From Eledone cirrhosa (Eukaryota): a DNA stretch of 52,727 nt. Numbering within the stretch: the first letter of the stretch is position 1; every line of letters begins with the position of its first letter. Made by a program: the position numbers and the translations under genes. Positions 29,947 through 43,122 of the stretch are shown in pieces. The stretch spans positions 1 through 52,727 of the forward strand of contig CAXHJY010000794.1 of NCBI GenBank assembly GCA_964016885.1, given 5' to 3'. The notes beneath the pieces were generated by a model. It worked only from the letters and a program-made list of their open reading frames with translations. It was not told where the DNA came from and did not search any database.

Positions 29947-30132
29947 GTGCCAAGCTGTATTGTCCTTTGTCTTTCCCTTGCACAACATGAGTGTCGTAGA
30001 GAGCTGAAACTGGTATGCATGGGCGACTGCTGGTCTTCCACAAACAATCTTGCTCGGACTTTTGCCTCGGAGGGGAACTTTCTAGGTGCATACTATATGG
30101 TCATTCGTGACCGAAGAGGGTCTTTACTTTAT
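29947..30132 (+). mobile_element. Probable 3' part of an interspersed SINE-like repeat
   Basis: Higher-GC island ending GACCGAAGAGGGTCTTTACTTTA. It resembles an octopus repeat recalled from memory; not verifiable here. Confidence 0.3.
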
Positions 30133-30152
30133 TCATCATATATATATTATTC

Positions 30153-30188
<36 letters not shown>

Positions 30189-31389
30189 GAATCTAGAGGA
30201 ACAAAGCTCATTACTTAGCCATATTAAATTAATATTTAAACTTTACTTCACTATTGAGTACAATGAAGATATATATTATTTTCCCGCTTAATATAGTAAA
30301 TAGATCTTGCCGTTTCAGACGCTAGTCTTTTATCAGAAAATAGAATGAGAAATTTAAGAAGAACTAAAAAGATAGAAGACTCTGAGCAGGGACAGAAGCG
30401 AAAACTATTTTCTTCGAGAAAAGCCCTGTTCTTAGTTTTGATACGAACGAAAGAATTGTAGTCCACATCTAAACTATTTAGGCTCAAAACGTGTAAACCC
30501 ACCTCACCTATGTAAGCTTAGGTAACAGACGTAAGATGGTATTGTGATGTTATTGTTAAAATGATGTTACTTATGTGAGCACTGGTATCTATATGAAGTT
30601 GATGTAAGTTTACATTAATAAAAAAAAAAACAACTACTTATTTCAAAGTTACTCCTGATAGAAAAATGTCTTTTGAAATTGGTAAATTATCGTCCACATA
30701 TAAGCGACTGTTAATAACATTAGATTTAGCATAGATAGCATGAACAATACACATATATGGACATGGAAGCATTCAGAGTTTTATTTTTTATAGAAATGTT
30801 GAAAAATGTAACAAACTTTCTATCATGCAACACGGTATTTATGCCATTTTTTCTGTTATGAAACATTAATTTTTTCCTTTTTTTGACAAATTCTAATGGT
30901 TTAGTTATAGAAGGATAGTAATCAACGATGTCAAATTGAGTGAATATATAATTATGTTTGTCATGGACATTTTACATAATAGATTAGAAATGCACGAAGC
31001 AAAGTGGCTACTATAACGGCTCGCCGCATGTGTGTTTTAGACTCTTAGACCATTTAGAGAAGAACACGTCGATCATTCGTTTTGTTTTGAAGTGTTTTCA
31101 TTTTTACATTTGAAAAAAGGGTTTTATCCCTAAAATATTATTTTAAAAAGTAGACATCGATTGTTCGTTTTGTTTTGAAGCGTTTTCCTTTTTACATTTT
31201 AAAAAGGTGTATTAGCCCTGAAATATTTGAAATCTACTTTGTAAAAACATTTGGTTGTTTTGTGATTGTGATTTCTATGTACTTTCTGAAAATTATCAGC
31301 CATTTATTACATATCTCTCAATACTTCATATTTACTATACTACTGTATTTTATATTCAATTTATGACAAAGGCATATTATTTTTTTAAA

Positions 31390-31786
31390 GGGTGGTAGGT
31401 TGGCAGTATCAGTAGAGGGTCTGACTGACGCAATGCTTTGCAGCAAATAGTTACGGTCCTTTATGATCTGAGTTCAAATCCCGCCGAGGTTAACTTTTCA
31501 TTTCATCCTTTCGGGGTCGATAAAATAAAGTACCAGTCACGCACTGGGTCGATTTAATCGATTTTCCGCTCCCCAAAATTAAGAAACCATTATTTTTAAG
31601 GGCGGTGGATTGGCAGTATCGGTAGAGGGTCTGACGCCGTGCTTTGCAGCAAAGAGTTACGGCCCTTTATGGTCTGAGTTCAAATCCCGCCGAGGTTAAC
31701 TTTGCCTTTCATCCTTACGGGGTCGATAAAATAAAGCACCAATAATACACGGGGATAATTGTGCCAAAAGTAGAAACAGTTATTAT
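31390..31786 (+). mobile_element. Two tandem full-length SINE copies (31390-31594, 31600-31786)
   Basis: Both have A/B boxes and the central domain. The second is flanked by ATTATTTTTAAG (31589-31600 and 31782-31793). Confidence 0.88.
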
Positions 31787-32172
31787 TTTTAAGTATTAAA
31801 CATATCATTTTGAATTTTAGTGTTGATTAAATTTGAATTGTGTTTGCTAATAATACCTAGCCTATGCTTGGTGGGGGTTAATGACAGTTGTGGTAGCTGT
31901 GTTGAACAAGTTTCACCCTTGAGGTAAACTAACTCGAGTTTCACTTTCTTTGAGTAGCGATAAATGGTCGTATAAAAGCTAAAGTTTCTAAACTTTCTAT
32001 TTTCGATATTTCGGCTGAAGGCGATATACTTACAGTGATTCGCAATTGACCCTATATCTCTCTCTATTTATATATAGTAGAGTGTATTTATATATAGAAG
32101 AAACGTATTTATACATATATACACACATATATAAATTCTTATATTCAAAATTAGACATGCACGCACACACGA

Positions 32173-32203
<31 letters not shown>

Positions 32204-32498
32204 CACATGGATATAAAGTATATTCACTATATATATCCAGGAAGGAAATAAGGTTTAACAAATCGTTCTTGTATTATATATATATATAATTTATATGTTC
32301 AAAATTACACACACATATATATGTGTGTATTCATATATATATATGTATATATATATATATACATGAATTCATATGTTCAAAATTACACACACATATATAT
32401 ATATGTGTGTGTATATATATGTGTGTGTGTATATATATATATATATGTATATATTAATTCAAAATATTAATCCATATAGACATTCATGTAATCAAACA

Positions 32499-32564
32499 TA
32501 TTTTATTATATATATTTCAGAGGTACTGTGCTGTTTCCTCAGTACGTCCTCATCAGATAAAATA
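32499..32564 (-). ncRNA. Opposite-strand copy of the 32693-32758 hammerhead
   Basis: Reverse complement in the inverted arm. Confidence 0.75.
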
Positions 32565-32692
32565 TATAAATTGATGTATGACATACCTCAACTGTGCTGA
32601 TGGTTCAATTCCAGTCTTGGCAGTCAATTGGAATTGCCAAGACTGGAATTCAACCATCAGCCCAGTTGAGGTATGTCATACATCAATTGATA

Positions 32693-32758
32693 TATTTTAT
32701 CTGATGAGGACGTACTGAGGAAACAGCACAGTACCTCTGAAATATATATAATAAAATA
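32693..32758 (+). ncRNA. Type I hammerhead ribozyme (AUA site, palindromic AT stem III)
   Basis: TATTTTAT-CTGATGA-GGACGTACTG(AGGAAACAGCA)CAGTACCTCT-GAAA-TATATA-TA-ATAAAATA. Stem I is 8 bp. Confidence 0.75.
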
Positions 32759-32920
32759 TATTTGATCACAAGAATGTCTATATTTATTAATATTTTGAAT
32801 TAATATTAATAACTCCAGAAAACTTCTTTGTTGAGTGCTTCTAATCTATTGTAAAACTATATTCATTGATTAATCAATGAACCTTGTTTAACTTTTGGTC
32901 ATATATATATATATATATAT

Positions 32921-33194
32921 ACGATATTAACAAATGGAAACTATATTTATAAAACCATATTTATTTCATTATACATATTTCAAGGATACCAAGTTAAATT
33001 ATGGTATGCCTTCATCAGACAAAATACAATATATAACAGTTTTACAAATAAGCATTGACGTACCCTTTCAAAATGCGACCATTACTTTTGGAGGACATCA
33101 GTAAAATATGTATAATGAAATAAATATGGTTTTATAAATATAGTTTCCATTTATTAATATCGTATATCTACTCCAAATACTTGTCGATTGCTTT
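32921..33194 (+). mobile_element. Fold-back element: arms 32921-32980 / 33104-33163 + short tail
   Basis: 60-bp inverted arms. The left part extends into a complete hammerhead on the minus strand. Confidence 0.7.
32962..33026 (-). ncRNA. Type I hammerhead ribozyme (AUA site)
   Basis: TATTTTGT-CTGATGA-AGGCATACCA(TAATTTAACT)TGGTATCCTT-GAAA-TATGTA-TA-ATGAAATA. Confidence 0.7.
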
Positions 33195-33249
33195 ATATCA
33201 GTTATAAAAATATGTACTTGTTGTATCCCAACAATTTAAATAGAACTTT

Positions 33250-33290
<41 letters not shown>

Positions 33291-33295
<5 letters not shown>

Positions 33296-33345
33296 AGTAT
33301 GTGTGTATACGTACATACATATATGTATACAGACGTACAGTAGCA

Positions 33346-33387
<42 letters not shown>

Positions 33388-33749
33388 CAGGTACACATAC
33401 ATATATGCACGTATCAGTTTAGCGGACGCTTATTATAACGCCACTTTGTTCGTTTGTCAGTGTTGAACAAAAAGGTGACGTGGTTGCCTTAACACCGTAC
33501 GGCATAAAAATTCAGGCTGTTCAGTTTGTTTACAAACGAACAAAGCGGCGTTATAATAAGCGTCCGCTAAACTGATACGTGCATATATGTATGTGTACCT
33601 GTATGTATATATATGTATATATATATATATATATGCATACTACTGTACGTCTGTATACATATATGTATGTACGTATACACACATACTTACATTTAAGTAA
33701 GTGCCGTACTAAGAGTGAGAAATGAAATTTCGTTTTCATTTTATTTCAA

Positions 33750-33751
<2 letters not shown>
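33291..33751. repeat. Fold-back element without a recognisable ribozyme: arms ~33291-33457 / ~33531-33691 + tail
   Basis: Inverted arms include CACGTATCAGTTTAGCGGACGCTTATTATAACGCC and an internal (TA)n. (TA)n on both flanks. Confidence 0.75.
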
Positions 33752-33802
<51 letters not shown>

Positions 33803-34160
33803 CACTTCGCCATTTGGTGGGTTTTCTGGGAAACGTGCAAAAATGATGGCTTCCGCGTAGCAAGTGATTGTGTGTAGGTGTTTGGTGAAATCTCAGTTCT
33901 TGGGTCAACGCATGCCAAATGTATCATTGGGTGTCTTGACGCACAACGTAAAGATATGGAATATATACTAGTAACAATATCAATAGGCGTTATAGCTGAC
34001 GCTTTACCGATTGTGTCAAAACGATGCCTGCATTTATGACTACCATTTCTGATTATATCTAGTTTAACTACCTCTTACCTGCCCACCGCCGCCATCATCT
34101 TAACACCTTTTGTTAAACCGAGTGAGTGGTTATAGGTTTGTAGATGTATATATGTACGGC

Positions 34161-35060
34161 TGGTGGTGGTGGTGGTGGTGGTGTAATAATTGTACGATGA
34201 TGGTGGTGGTGGTGGTAATAATTGTACAATGATCATGGTGGTGGTGGTGGTGGTAATAATTGTACGGTGATGATGGTGGTGGAGTAGTGTTGCTGGTGGC
34301 GATAGTATTGATAATACTGGTGTCTATGGTGGTGGTAGTGTGGTAGTGGTGGTCGTGATGGCAGTTATGGTGATAGTGGTGGTGTCTGTGGTGGTAGTGT
34401 GGTATCGATGGTAGCTATGGTGATAGTGGTATTGATATGGCTGGTGTCTATGGTGGTAGTGTGGTAGTGATGGCAGCTATGGTGATAGCGGTAGTGGTGG
34501 TAGCTATGGTGGTAGTAGTGTGGTAGTGATGGTAGCTATGGTGATAGCGGTATTGGTAGTGGTGGTGTCTATGGTGGTAGTAGTGATGGTGGTAGTGTGG
34601 TAGTGATAGCAGCTATGGTGATAGCGGCAGTGGTGGTGGCTATGGTGGTGGCTATGTTGATGGTAGTGTGGTAGTGAGGGTAGCTATGGTGATAGCGGTA
34701 TTGGTAGTGGTGGTGGCTATGAGGGTAGTGGTGTGGTAGTGATGGCAGCTATGGTGATAGCGGTAGTGGTGGTGGCTATGAGGGTGGTAGTGTGGTAGTG
34801 GTGGTAGTGATGGCATTTATGGTGATAGTGGTATTGATAGTGGTGGTGGTAGTGCTGGTGGTAGTGTTGTAGTGATGGCAGCTATGGTTATAGATGGTGG
34901 CTATGGTGGTGGTAGCGTGGTATCGATGGTAGGTTTGGTGATAGTGGTATTGATAGTGCTAGTGTCTATGGTGGTGGTGGTGTGGTAGTGCGGTAGTGAA
35001 GGCAGTTATGGTGATAGTGGTATTGGTAGTGGTGGTGGCTATGGTGGTAGTGGTACTGAT
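34161..35060. repeat. GGT/GAT/TAG-rich degenerate minisatellite (GGTAGTGTGGTAGTGATGGCAGCTATGGTGATAGCGG units)
   Basis: Direct observation. Confidence 0.85.
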
Positions 35061-35185
35061 AGAGGTGATGTGATGGGTTTCTCGTTTTGACGGCCGAGAA
35101 ATGGACGCTGGAACACAAAAGGAAAATTGCTGGCAGAGCGGAAGACATTACGTTACAAATATCACCAAATGGCGGTCGTTGACGT

Positions 35186-35465
35186 CACCGACACCACCAC
35201 CGACACCACCATCACCATCACCGCCAACACCAGTATCAGCGACACCACTCAACACCACCACCACCACCACCACCGACACCACCACCACCACCAACACCAC
35301 CAACACCATCACCACTATCCATACATCCATTATCATCATCGTCAGCAATACCATCACTATTGACACCAGCACCACCACCACCACCACCACCAACTCCATC
35401 ATCATCACTGTTAACACCACCATCAACATGATGAGGACCATCACCACCACCATCAACATCACCAC

Positions 35466-35512
<47 letters not shown>

Positions 35513-37010
35513 CCATCACCATCTCAACCAACGACACCATAACGAGGATGCTCACCAAAACCACCACCACCACCACCACCACCATGCCAACCACTACGTC
35601 TACCATCACCTGCACGACCTCCGCTAACATCATCACCGCCACCACCACCACCATGCCAACTACTACCTCTACCATCACCCGCACGACCACCGCCAACATC
35701 ATCACCGCCACCACCACCACCATTCCAACCACTACTTCTACCATCACCTGCACGACCACCGCCAACATCATCACCGCCACCACCACCACCATGCCAACTA
35801 CTACCTCTACCATCACCTGCACGACCACCGGCACCACCACCACCACCACCACCACCATTCCAACCACTACCTCTACCATCACCCGCACGACCACCACCAC
35901 CTTCATCACCGCCACCACCACCTTCATACGCCCAACATCATGACGAAGAGACTACCACCAGCGCCATCGACAACACCACGACGACCAGCACCACAACCAC
36001 CACCACCACCACCACCACCACCACCACCAGCACCACAACCACGACCACCATTACCACGACCACCACCACCACCACCACGACCACGACCAGCACTACCACC
36101 ACCAGCACCACCAGCACCACCACTACCACCACGACCAGCACCACCACCATCACCACCATCAATACCATCATCAACAGCACCACTATCACTACATTCAAGA
36201 TTCCCACTAACAAACACCAACAGAACCTCCGCTACCACTACCAACACCACCACCACCACCACCACCACCACCACCATCACCACCACCACCACCACCACCA
36301 CCAGCACCACAACCACGACCACCATTACCACGACCACCACCACCACGACCACGACCACGACCAGCACTACCACCACCAGCACCACCAGCACCACCACTAC
36401 CACCACGACCAGCACCACCACCATCACCACCATCAATACCATCATCAACATCACCACTATCACCACATTCAACATTACCACACCCAACACCACCACCACC
36501 ACCACCTACAGAACCTCCGCCACCCCCACCATCATCAATACCATCATCAACAGCACCACTTTTACCACATTCAATATTACCAACACCAACACCACCACCA
36601 CCACCACCACCTACAGAACCTCCGCCAACACCACCACCACCACCAACACCACCACCACCACCATCAACACCATCATCAACAGCACCACTTTTACCACATT
36701 CAATATTACCAACACCAACACCACCACCACCACCTACAGAACCTCCGCGAACACCACCACCACCACCAACACCACCACCACCACCATCAACACCATCATC
36801 AACAGCACCACTTTTACCACATTCAACATTACCAACACCAACACCACCACCACCACCTACAGAACCTCGGCCAACACCAACACCACCACCCCCACCCCCA
36901 CCACCACCACATTCAACATTACCAACACCAACACAACCTCCGCCACCACCACTACCACCACCAACACCACCAACACCACCACCACATTCAACATCCCCAC
37001 CATCGCCATT
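35186..37010. repeat. ACC/ATC-rich tract with nested 69-bp (35581-35925) and ~120-bp (36500-36990) repeat units
   Basis: Direct observation; the periodicity is visible in the Thr-rich translations. Confidence 0.85.
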
Positions 37011-37103
37011 AGAAGTTAAACGACATTAACAAGAAGGAGACGGCTTTCACTATAACCATTACCAAAGTTAACATCCCAACACACACCAAACCTATCTATG
37101 GTC

Positions 37104-37272
37104 ACCAAACCCCACCAAACCCCAACCAAACCCCACCAAACCCCACCAAACCCCACCAAACTCCACCAAACCCCACCAAACCCGACCAAACCCCACCAAA
37201 CTCCACCAAACTCCACCAAACCCCACCAAACTCCACCAAACTCCACCAAACCCCACCAAACTCCACCAAACC
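37104..37272. repeat. 10-bp tandem repeat CYCCACCAAA (~16 copies)
   Basis: Direct observation. Confidence 0.9.
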
Positions 37273-37370
37273 GTGCCGAAACCCCACTAAACCCCACCTC
37301 CAAACCACTTCCAAACTAAATCTAAAGTAGCGCCATACTAATATTTATAGATAACCTAAGGTGTGTGTGC

Positions 37371-37422
<52 letters not shown>

Positions 37423-37781
37423 GTATATATATATTTATAATGGATGCGTCTGTGTGTATATATATGTGTCTATACATATTTCTCTCTTTCTCTATATACG
37501 TATATATATATATACGTATATATATATATATATTTGTAATTAGGTGTGTGAAGTGTCGCATATACATTTGTATATATGTACACACATAAACACTACACAC
37601 TTATACGTGCGTACATACACGCACACGTATATACACATACATGCGTATATATGTATGTATGTATATATGTATGCAAGTATGTATGTATGTACGTATGTAT
37701 GTGTGTATGTATGTATGTATGTATGTATATATATGTATGTATGTATATATATGTATTTATGTATGTACATATATATGTATG

Positions 37782-37837
<56 letters not shown>

Positions 37838-38009
37838 AATGAATGAATGAATGTATGTATCTATGTAAGAACGTATGTATGTATGCAAGTATCTATGTAT
37901 GTATGTAAGAATGTATTAACGTATGTATGTATATATATGTATGTATGTATGTATGTTCTTCTGGTTTTATTATTTCTGGTTTTATAATTTCACAAACTTT
38001 TACCAATAC

Positions 38010-38599
38010 TATATATATTCTATATATATATATATTGTATGTATATATATATATTCTATATATATATATATATTGTATGTATATATATATATTCTATATA
38101 TATATTGTATGTATATATATATATTCTATATATATATATATATTGTATGTATATATATATATTCTATATATATATATATATATTGTATGTATATATATAT
38201 ATTCTATATATATATATATTGTATGTATATATATATATTCTATATATATATATATATATTGTATGTATATATATATATTCTATATATATATATATATTGT
38301 ATGTATATATATATATTCTATATATATATATATTGTATGTATATATATATATTCTATATATATATATATTGTATGTATATATATATATTCTATATATATA
38401 TATATATATTGTATGTATATATATATATATTCTATATATATATATATTCTCTATATATATATATATATTGTATGTATATATATATATATTCTATATATAT
38501 ATATATATATATTCTATATATATATATATTGTATGTATATATATATATATTCTATATATATATTGTACGTATATATATATATTCTATGTATATATATAT

Positions 38600-38651
<52 letters not shown>

Positions 38652-38695
38652 ATATATATTATATATATATATATATATTCTATATATATATATAT

Positions 38696-38767
<72 letters not shown>

Positions 38768-38934
38768 ATATATATTCTATATATATATATATATTCTATA
38801 TATATATATATATTCTATATATATATATATATTCTATATATATATATTCTATATATATATATATTCTATATATATATATTCTATATATATATATATATTC
38901 TATATATATATATATATTCTCTATATATATATAT

Positions 38935-38965
<31 letters not shown>

Positions 38966-39260
38966 TGTATGTATATATATATATTCTATATATATATATA
39001 TATATTCTATATATATATAAAGTGTCGTCTTCCCGTCTTCCTTCGGTTGCAACGTTTTTTGAAATATCCAGTTCTGCGTTCACAGATTGACTTTGTTAGT
39101 TTCAGAAGATCCCGGTAAGGGTGAAAGCAGCGATTCTTTGCTTAAACTTTAATCTGTTATTTTAATAAATATTCTATATATATATATATATATATTGTAT
39201 ATATATATATATACAATATATATATTTATATATATATATAAGACAGGAAGACGACACTTT

Positions 39261-39292
<32 letters not shown>

Positions 39293-40668
39293 GAATATAT
39301 ATATATACATACAATATATATATATATATATATAGAATATATATATATATATAGAATATATATATATATATATATAGAATATATATATATATATAGAATA
39401 TATATATATATATATAGAATATATATATATATAGAATATATATATAAGGAATATATATATATAGAATATATATATATAGAATATATATTTATAGAATATA
39501 TATATATATATATATAGAATATATATATATATATATATAGAATATATATATAGAATATATATATATACATATAATATATATATATACATACAATATATAT
39601 ATAGAATATATATATATATAGAATATATATATATATACATACAATATATATATATAGAATATATATATATATACATACAATATATATATATATATAGAAT
39701 ATATATATATACATACAATATATATATATATAGAATATATATATATACATACTATATATATATAGAATATATATATATACATACAATATATATATATATA
39801 TAGAATATATATATATACATACAATATATATATATATATAGAATATGTATATATACATACAATATATATATATAGAATATATATATATACATACAATATA
39901 TATATATAGAATATATATATATACATACAATATATATATATATATAGAATATATATATACATACAATATATATATATATATAGAATATATATATATATAG
40001 AATATATATATATACATACAATATATATATATATATAGAATATATATATATACATACAATATATATATAGAGAGAATATATATATATACATACAATATAT
40101 ATATATAAAAATATAGAATATATATATATATAGAATATATATATATACATACAATATATATATATATATATATAGAATATATATATATACATAGAATATA
40201 TATATATACATAGAATATATATATATACATACAATATATATATATATATATATAAATATATATATAGAATATATATACATACAATATATATATATATATA
40301 TATATATAAATATATATATAGAATATATATATATACATACAATATATATATATATATATATATAAATATATATATAGTATATATATATATGTATAGAATA
40401 TATATATACATACAATATATATATGTATAGAATATATATATATACATACAATTTATATATATATATATATATACAGAATATATATATATACATACAATTT
40501 ATATATATATATATATAGAATATATATATATACATACAATTTATATATATATATATATAGAAAATATATATATACATACAATATATATATATATATAATA
40601 TTTATATATACATACAATATATATATATATATAGAATATATATATATATACATACAATATATATATAT
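38010..40668. repeat. Compound TA satellite (ATTCT(AT)nATTGTATGT(AT)n) in two opposite orientations
   Basis: TTCT/TTGTATG anchors left of 39019, and AGAA/CATACAA anchors right of 39260. The AGAA form resumes at 46713-47072. Confidence 0.85.
39019..39172 (+). mobile_element. Fragment of the repeat also present (inverted) at 50862-51013; contains a hammerhead-like fold with a CAGAAGA core at 39098-39148
   Basis: AGTTT-CAGAAGA-TCCCGGTAAGGGT-GAAAGCA-GCGATTCTT-TGCT-T-AAACT. Homology to 50862-51013 is visible directly. Confidence 0.6.
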
Positions 40669-40683
40669 ATAGGAACAAGTAAG

Positions 40684-40777
40684 ACCCCGACGGCTGAGCT
40701 CAAGCCGTTTCGACGGCTAATTCTGTACTGAATGAAAATTTATTCTGGTATTTAAATAGCCGAACTTATCAAGGGGT
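40684..40777 (-). ncRNA. Opposite-strand copy of the 41942-42035 hammerhead
   Basis: Reverse complement in the inverted arm. Confidence 0.8.
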
Positions 40778-41941
40778 AATTCCATATATGGTCAAAGAGA
40801 TAATCACCAGGATTGGTCACATCACAAGTTAGTAGTAAATCTGTGATGGCAAGTTGGTGGGTGAAGGGGTAGCTAAACATGTCCCTAGTCCTTCTACCCC
40901 AGTTCCCTTTCTTTGTCGTCGTCTTTTTCTCCCCCACCCGAGGTAGCCCATCGGTCCCTGGTAGCTTCAGCACCCCCACCCCTTCCCTATTCTATGATAG
41001 ATTTGGCTGATCCGCTTCTTATAGCAGAGGTGTTAGACTTCGGATACTCGCCCCCTTCTCCGACCGCTGTCCCTTTTTTCCGTTCCTTCTATATTTCTTA
41101 GTGGCATCTTTGCTTTAATTTCTCGTTTATCCAGTATATCTTTCTTCTTTTTCCCTTTTTTTTGGGGGCGGGGGGGGGGGGGGTCCTATATTAATTTTCT
41201 GTTCTTTACTTTTATTTCGTACGATCTTTCATGTAGCCTGTATAAGACTTTTTGTTTCGTGGCGGTACCCTTAGAGTTAGCACTAGTATTTTTTTGCGGG
41301 ACCCTGAATTATATTCTCGTACTAGTTTACTTTCTGGCACTGGGTGGTTGCTGGCCCTGTGATTGGGGTAGAAACCTTTATTATTTTCGTGGTAGTCTCT
41401 TTAGTATCCTGGCCCCACCTTGTTGACCCGTCACCGTACGATACACGCACTTATACCTCGTATAAGGGTCCCTTTATTTCCGTCCCACCTAGTTTTTTTC
41501 GATTATTATTATTTATTATTTTTTTTATTCTACATTATATATATATATATATTTAAAAAAAAAAAATTTATTTATCTATTCTTTTATTCACTTATTTGTT
41601 TATTTATTTATTTATGTATTTCTTTAGCCTAGCAATAGCGAGAGACTTATGTCTCAGTAACCAGATTTTGCTTTTTTTTTTCTCTCTCAGTACCTTTTAT
41701 AGTTTTACCTTTCATTGTTCTACTTACCGTTTCGACCCCCTCCCCAGTATCCTCTTTGACCTCACACCCAGCTGTAGCTGGCACTACCAACGCATGAATG
41801 GGTCTACTCCACCCCCTCTCCCTTTTTCTCCTACCGGCAGGTTTAGCTACCCCATCCCCCACCAACTTGCCATCACAGATTTATTACTAACTTGTGATGT
41901 GACCAATCCTGGTGATTATCTCTTTGACCATATATGGAATT

Positions 41942-42035
41942 ACCCCTTGATAAGTTCGGCTATTTAAATACCAGAATAAATTTTCATTCAGTACAGAATT
42001 AGCCGTCGAAACGGCTTGAGCTCAGCCGTCGGGGT
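41942..42035 (+). ncRNA. Type I hammerhead ribozyme, U3-A8 variant, with long stem II and long stem III
   Basis: ACCCC-TTGATAA-GTTCGGCTA...TAGCCGTC-GAAAC-GGCTTGAGCTCAGCC-GTC-GGGGT. Confidence 0.8.
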
Positions 42036-42126
42036 CTTAGTTGTTCCTATTACCCACTCTACTACCCTAAGTATTGAGTACTTTGGTGCGTTATGGTCCA
42101 CCTGGTTCCTTACCACATTTCCTTCG

Positions 42127-42160
<34 letters not shown>

Positions 42161-42166
<6 letters not shown>

Positions 42167-42907
42167 AGATTTGAATGGATACAGTTTAGTTGAAAGGAAT
42201 TTATTGACACGTGTTTCTATAACAGTTACATAACCTAAAACAGCTATCTACAAACTTTTAGTTATGCAGACATTCAATATTTCAATGTTATTGTTTACTG
42301 TCATTTCATCAGAATAATATTACTGAGGACCTATTTAGTTTTTATAGAGAATATTAGGAGGAAGGGGTGAAGTTGTTAGAAGAATAGTTGAAGGAGTGGT
42401 TTTTCGATAGCAGTGAGAATTCTTGGTGGCAGTGATTAATTAGATTCCCATCTGTTGTTTTGACATTTTTTATAGAATATATTATTGGTTATTTTTCTAA
42501 ATCTATAGAAGGATTAGAGATAGTAAAGATATGCTTGGTTGGTTTTGTGTTTGCACTTAACATTCAGACTTAAATTTTTCTTTCAAGTGTACGTATTCTT
42601 TCACCCACGCATTCACACACAAATATATTTGCACACCTCTACAAAATACATATACTCACAATTCACATATTCATACTTACATATATATACACATGCATAC
42701 ACATATATATACACACATGTATTCATGTACATACATACGCGCTCATGTGTATACATTTTCATACTCAACTTATCTTTATATATACACACGTATAGACACA
42801 CACATATATACATACATACTCTAGTCCATGTGTACACACATACACATACATACACATCCATATACACATACATACATACACATATATATATACATATATA
42901 CATATAC

Positions 42908-42952
<45 letters not shown>

Positions 42953-42953
42953 C

Positions 42954-43002
<49 letters not shown>

Positions 43003-43122
43003 AGCACTTTAATACATGAATACACTTACATCTAACTATACACATCAAACATATATATATATTTACTTATTTATATACATTTTCACATATATATACATAC
43101 TTATGGACGTTTTTAGACACAT
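42161..43122 (-). repeat. 3' pseudo-LTR of the PLE
   Basis: Direct repeat of 45755-46712 (ATAGAAAGATTTGAATGG...TTTTTAGACACAT). Differences seen: one substitution and small microsatellite length changes. Confidence 0.93.
42201..42317 (-). ncRNA. Type I hammerhead ribozyme-like fold with a large branched stem II, in the 3' pLTR
   Basis: Minus strand: TTATT-CTGATGA-A-ATGACAGT...(two internal hairpins)...ACTGTTAT-A-GAAAC-ACGT-GTC-AATAA. Stem I is 5 bp and stem III is palindromic (ACACGTGT), as in PLE minimal HHRs. Confidence 0.7.

Larger units (their letters stand above)
32451..32900 (+). mobile_element. Fold-back element: arms 32451-32622 / 32635-32806 + tail ending in (TA)n
   Basis: ~170-bp inverted arms with a hammerhead in each. 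Confidence 0.8.
40669..42128 (+). mobile_element. 1.46-kb non-coding PLE-type element: 5' inverted arm 40669-40878, direct arm 41841-42050, 78-bp tail
   Basis: ~210-bp inverted arms with a hammerhead in each. (TA)n on both flanks. No credible ORF in the interior. Confidence 0.8.

Noticed and set aside
29163-30510. Possible host exons (ORFs 29163-29483, 29342-29524, 30251-30502)
   Set aside because: No recognisable protein similarity and no consistent acceptor/donor pair keeping a frame open.
35101-37019. Mucin/extensin-like CDS (280 aa and 359 aa ORFs)
   Set aside because: ACC-rich repeats are open in several frames and on both strands. No signal peptide or clear splice structure; kept only as a low-interest finding.
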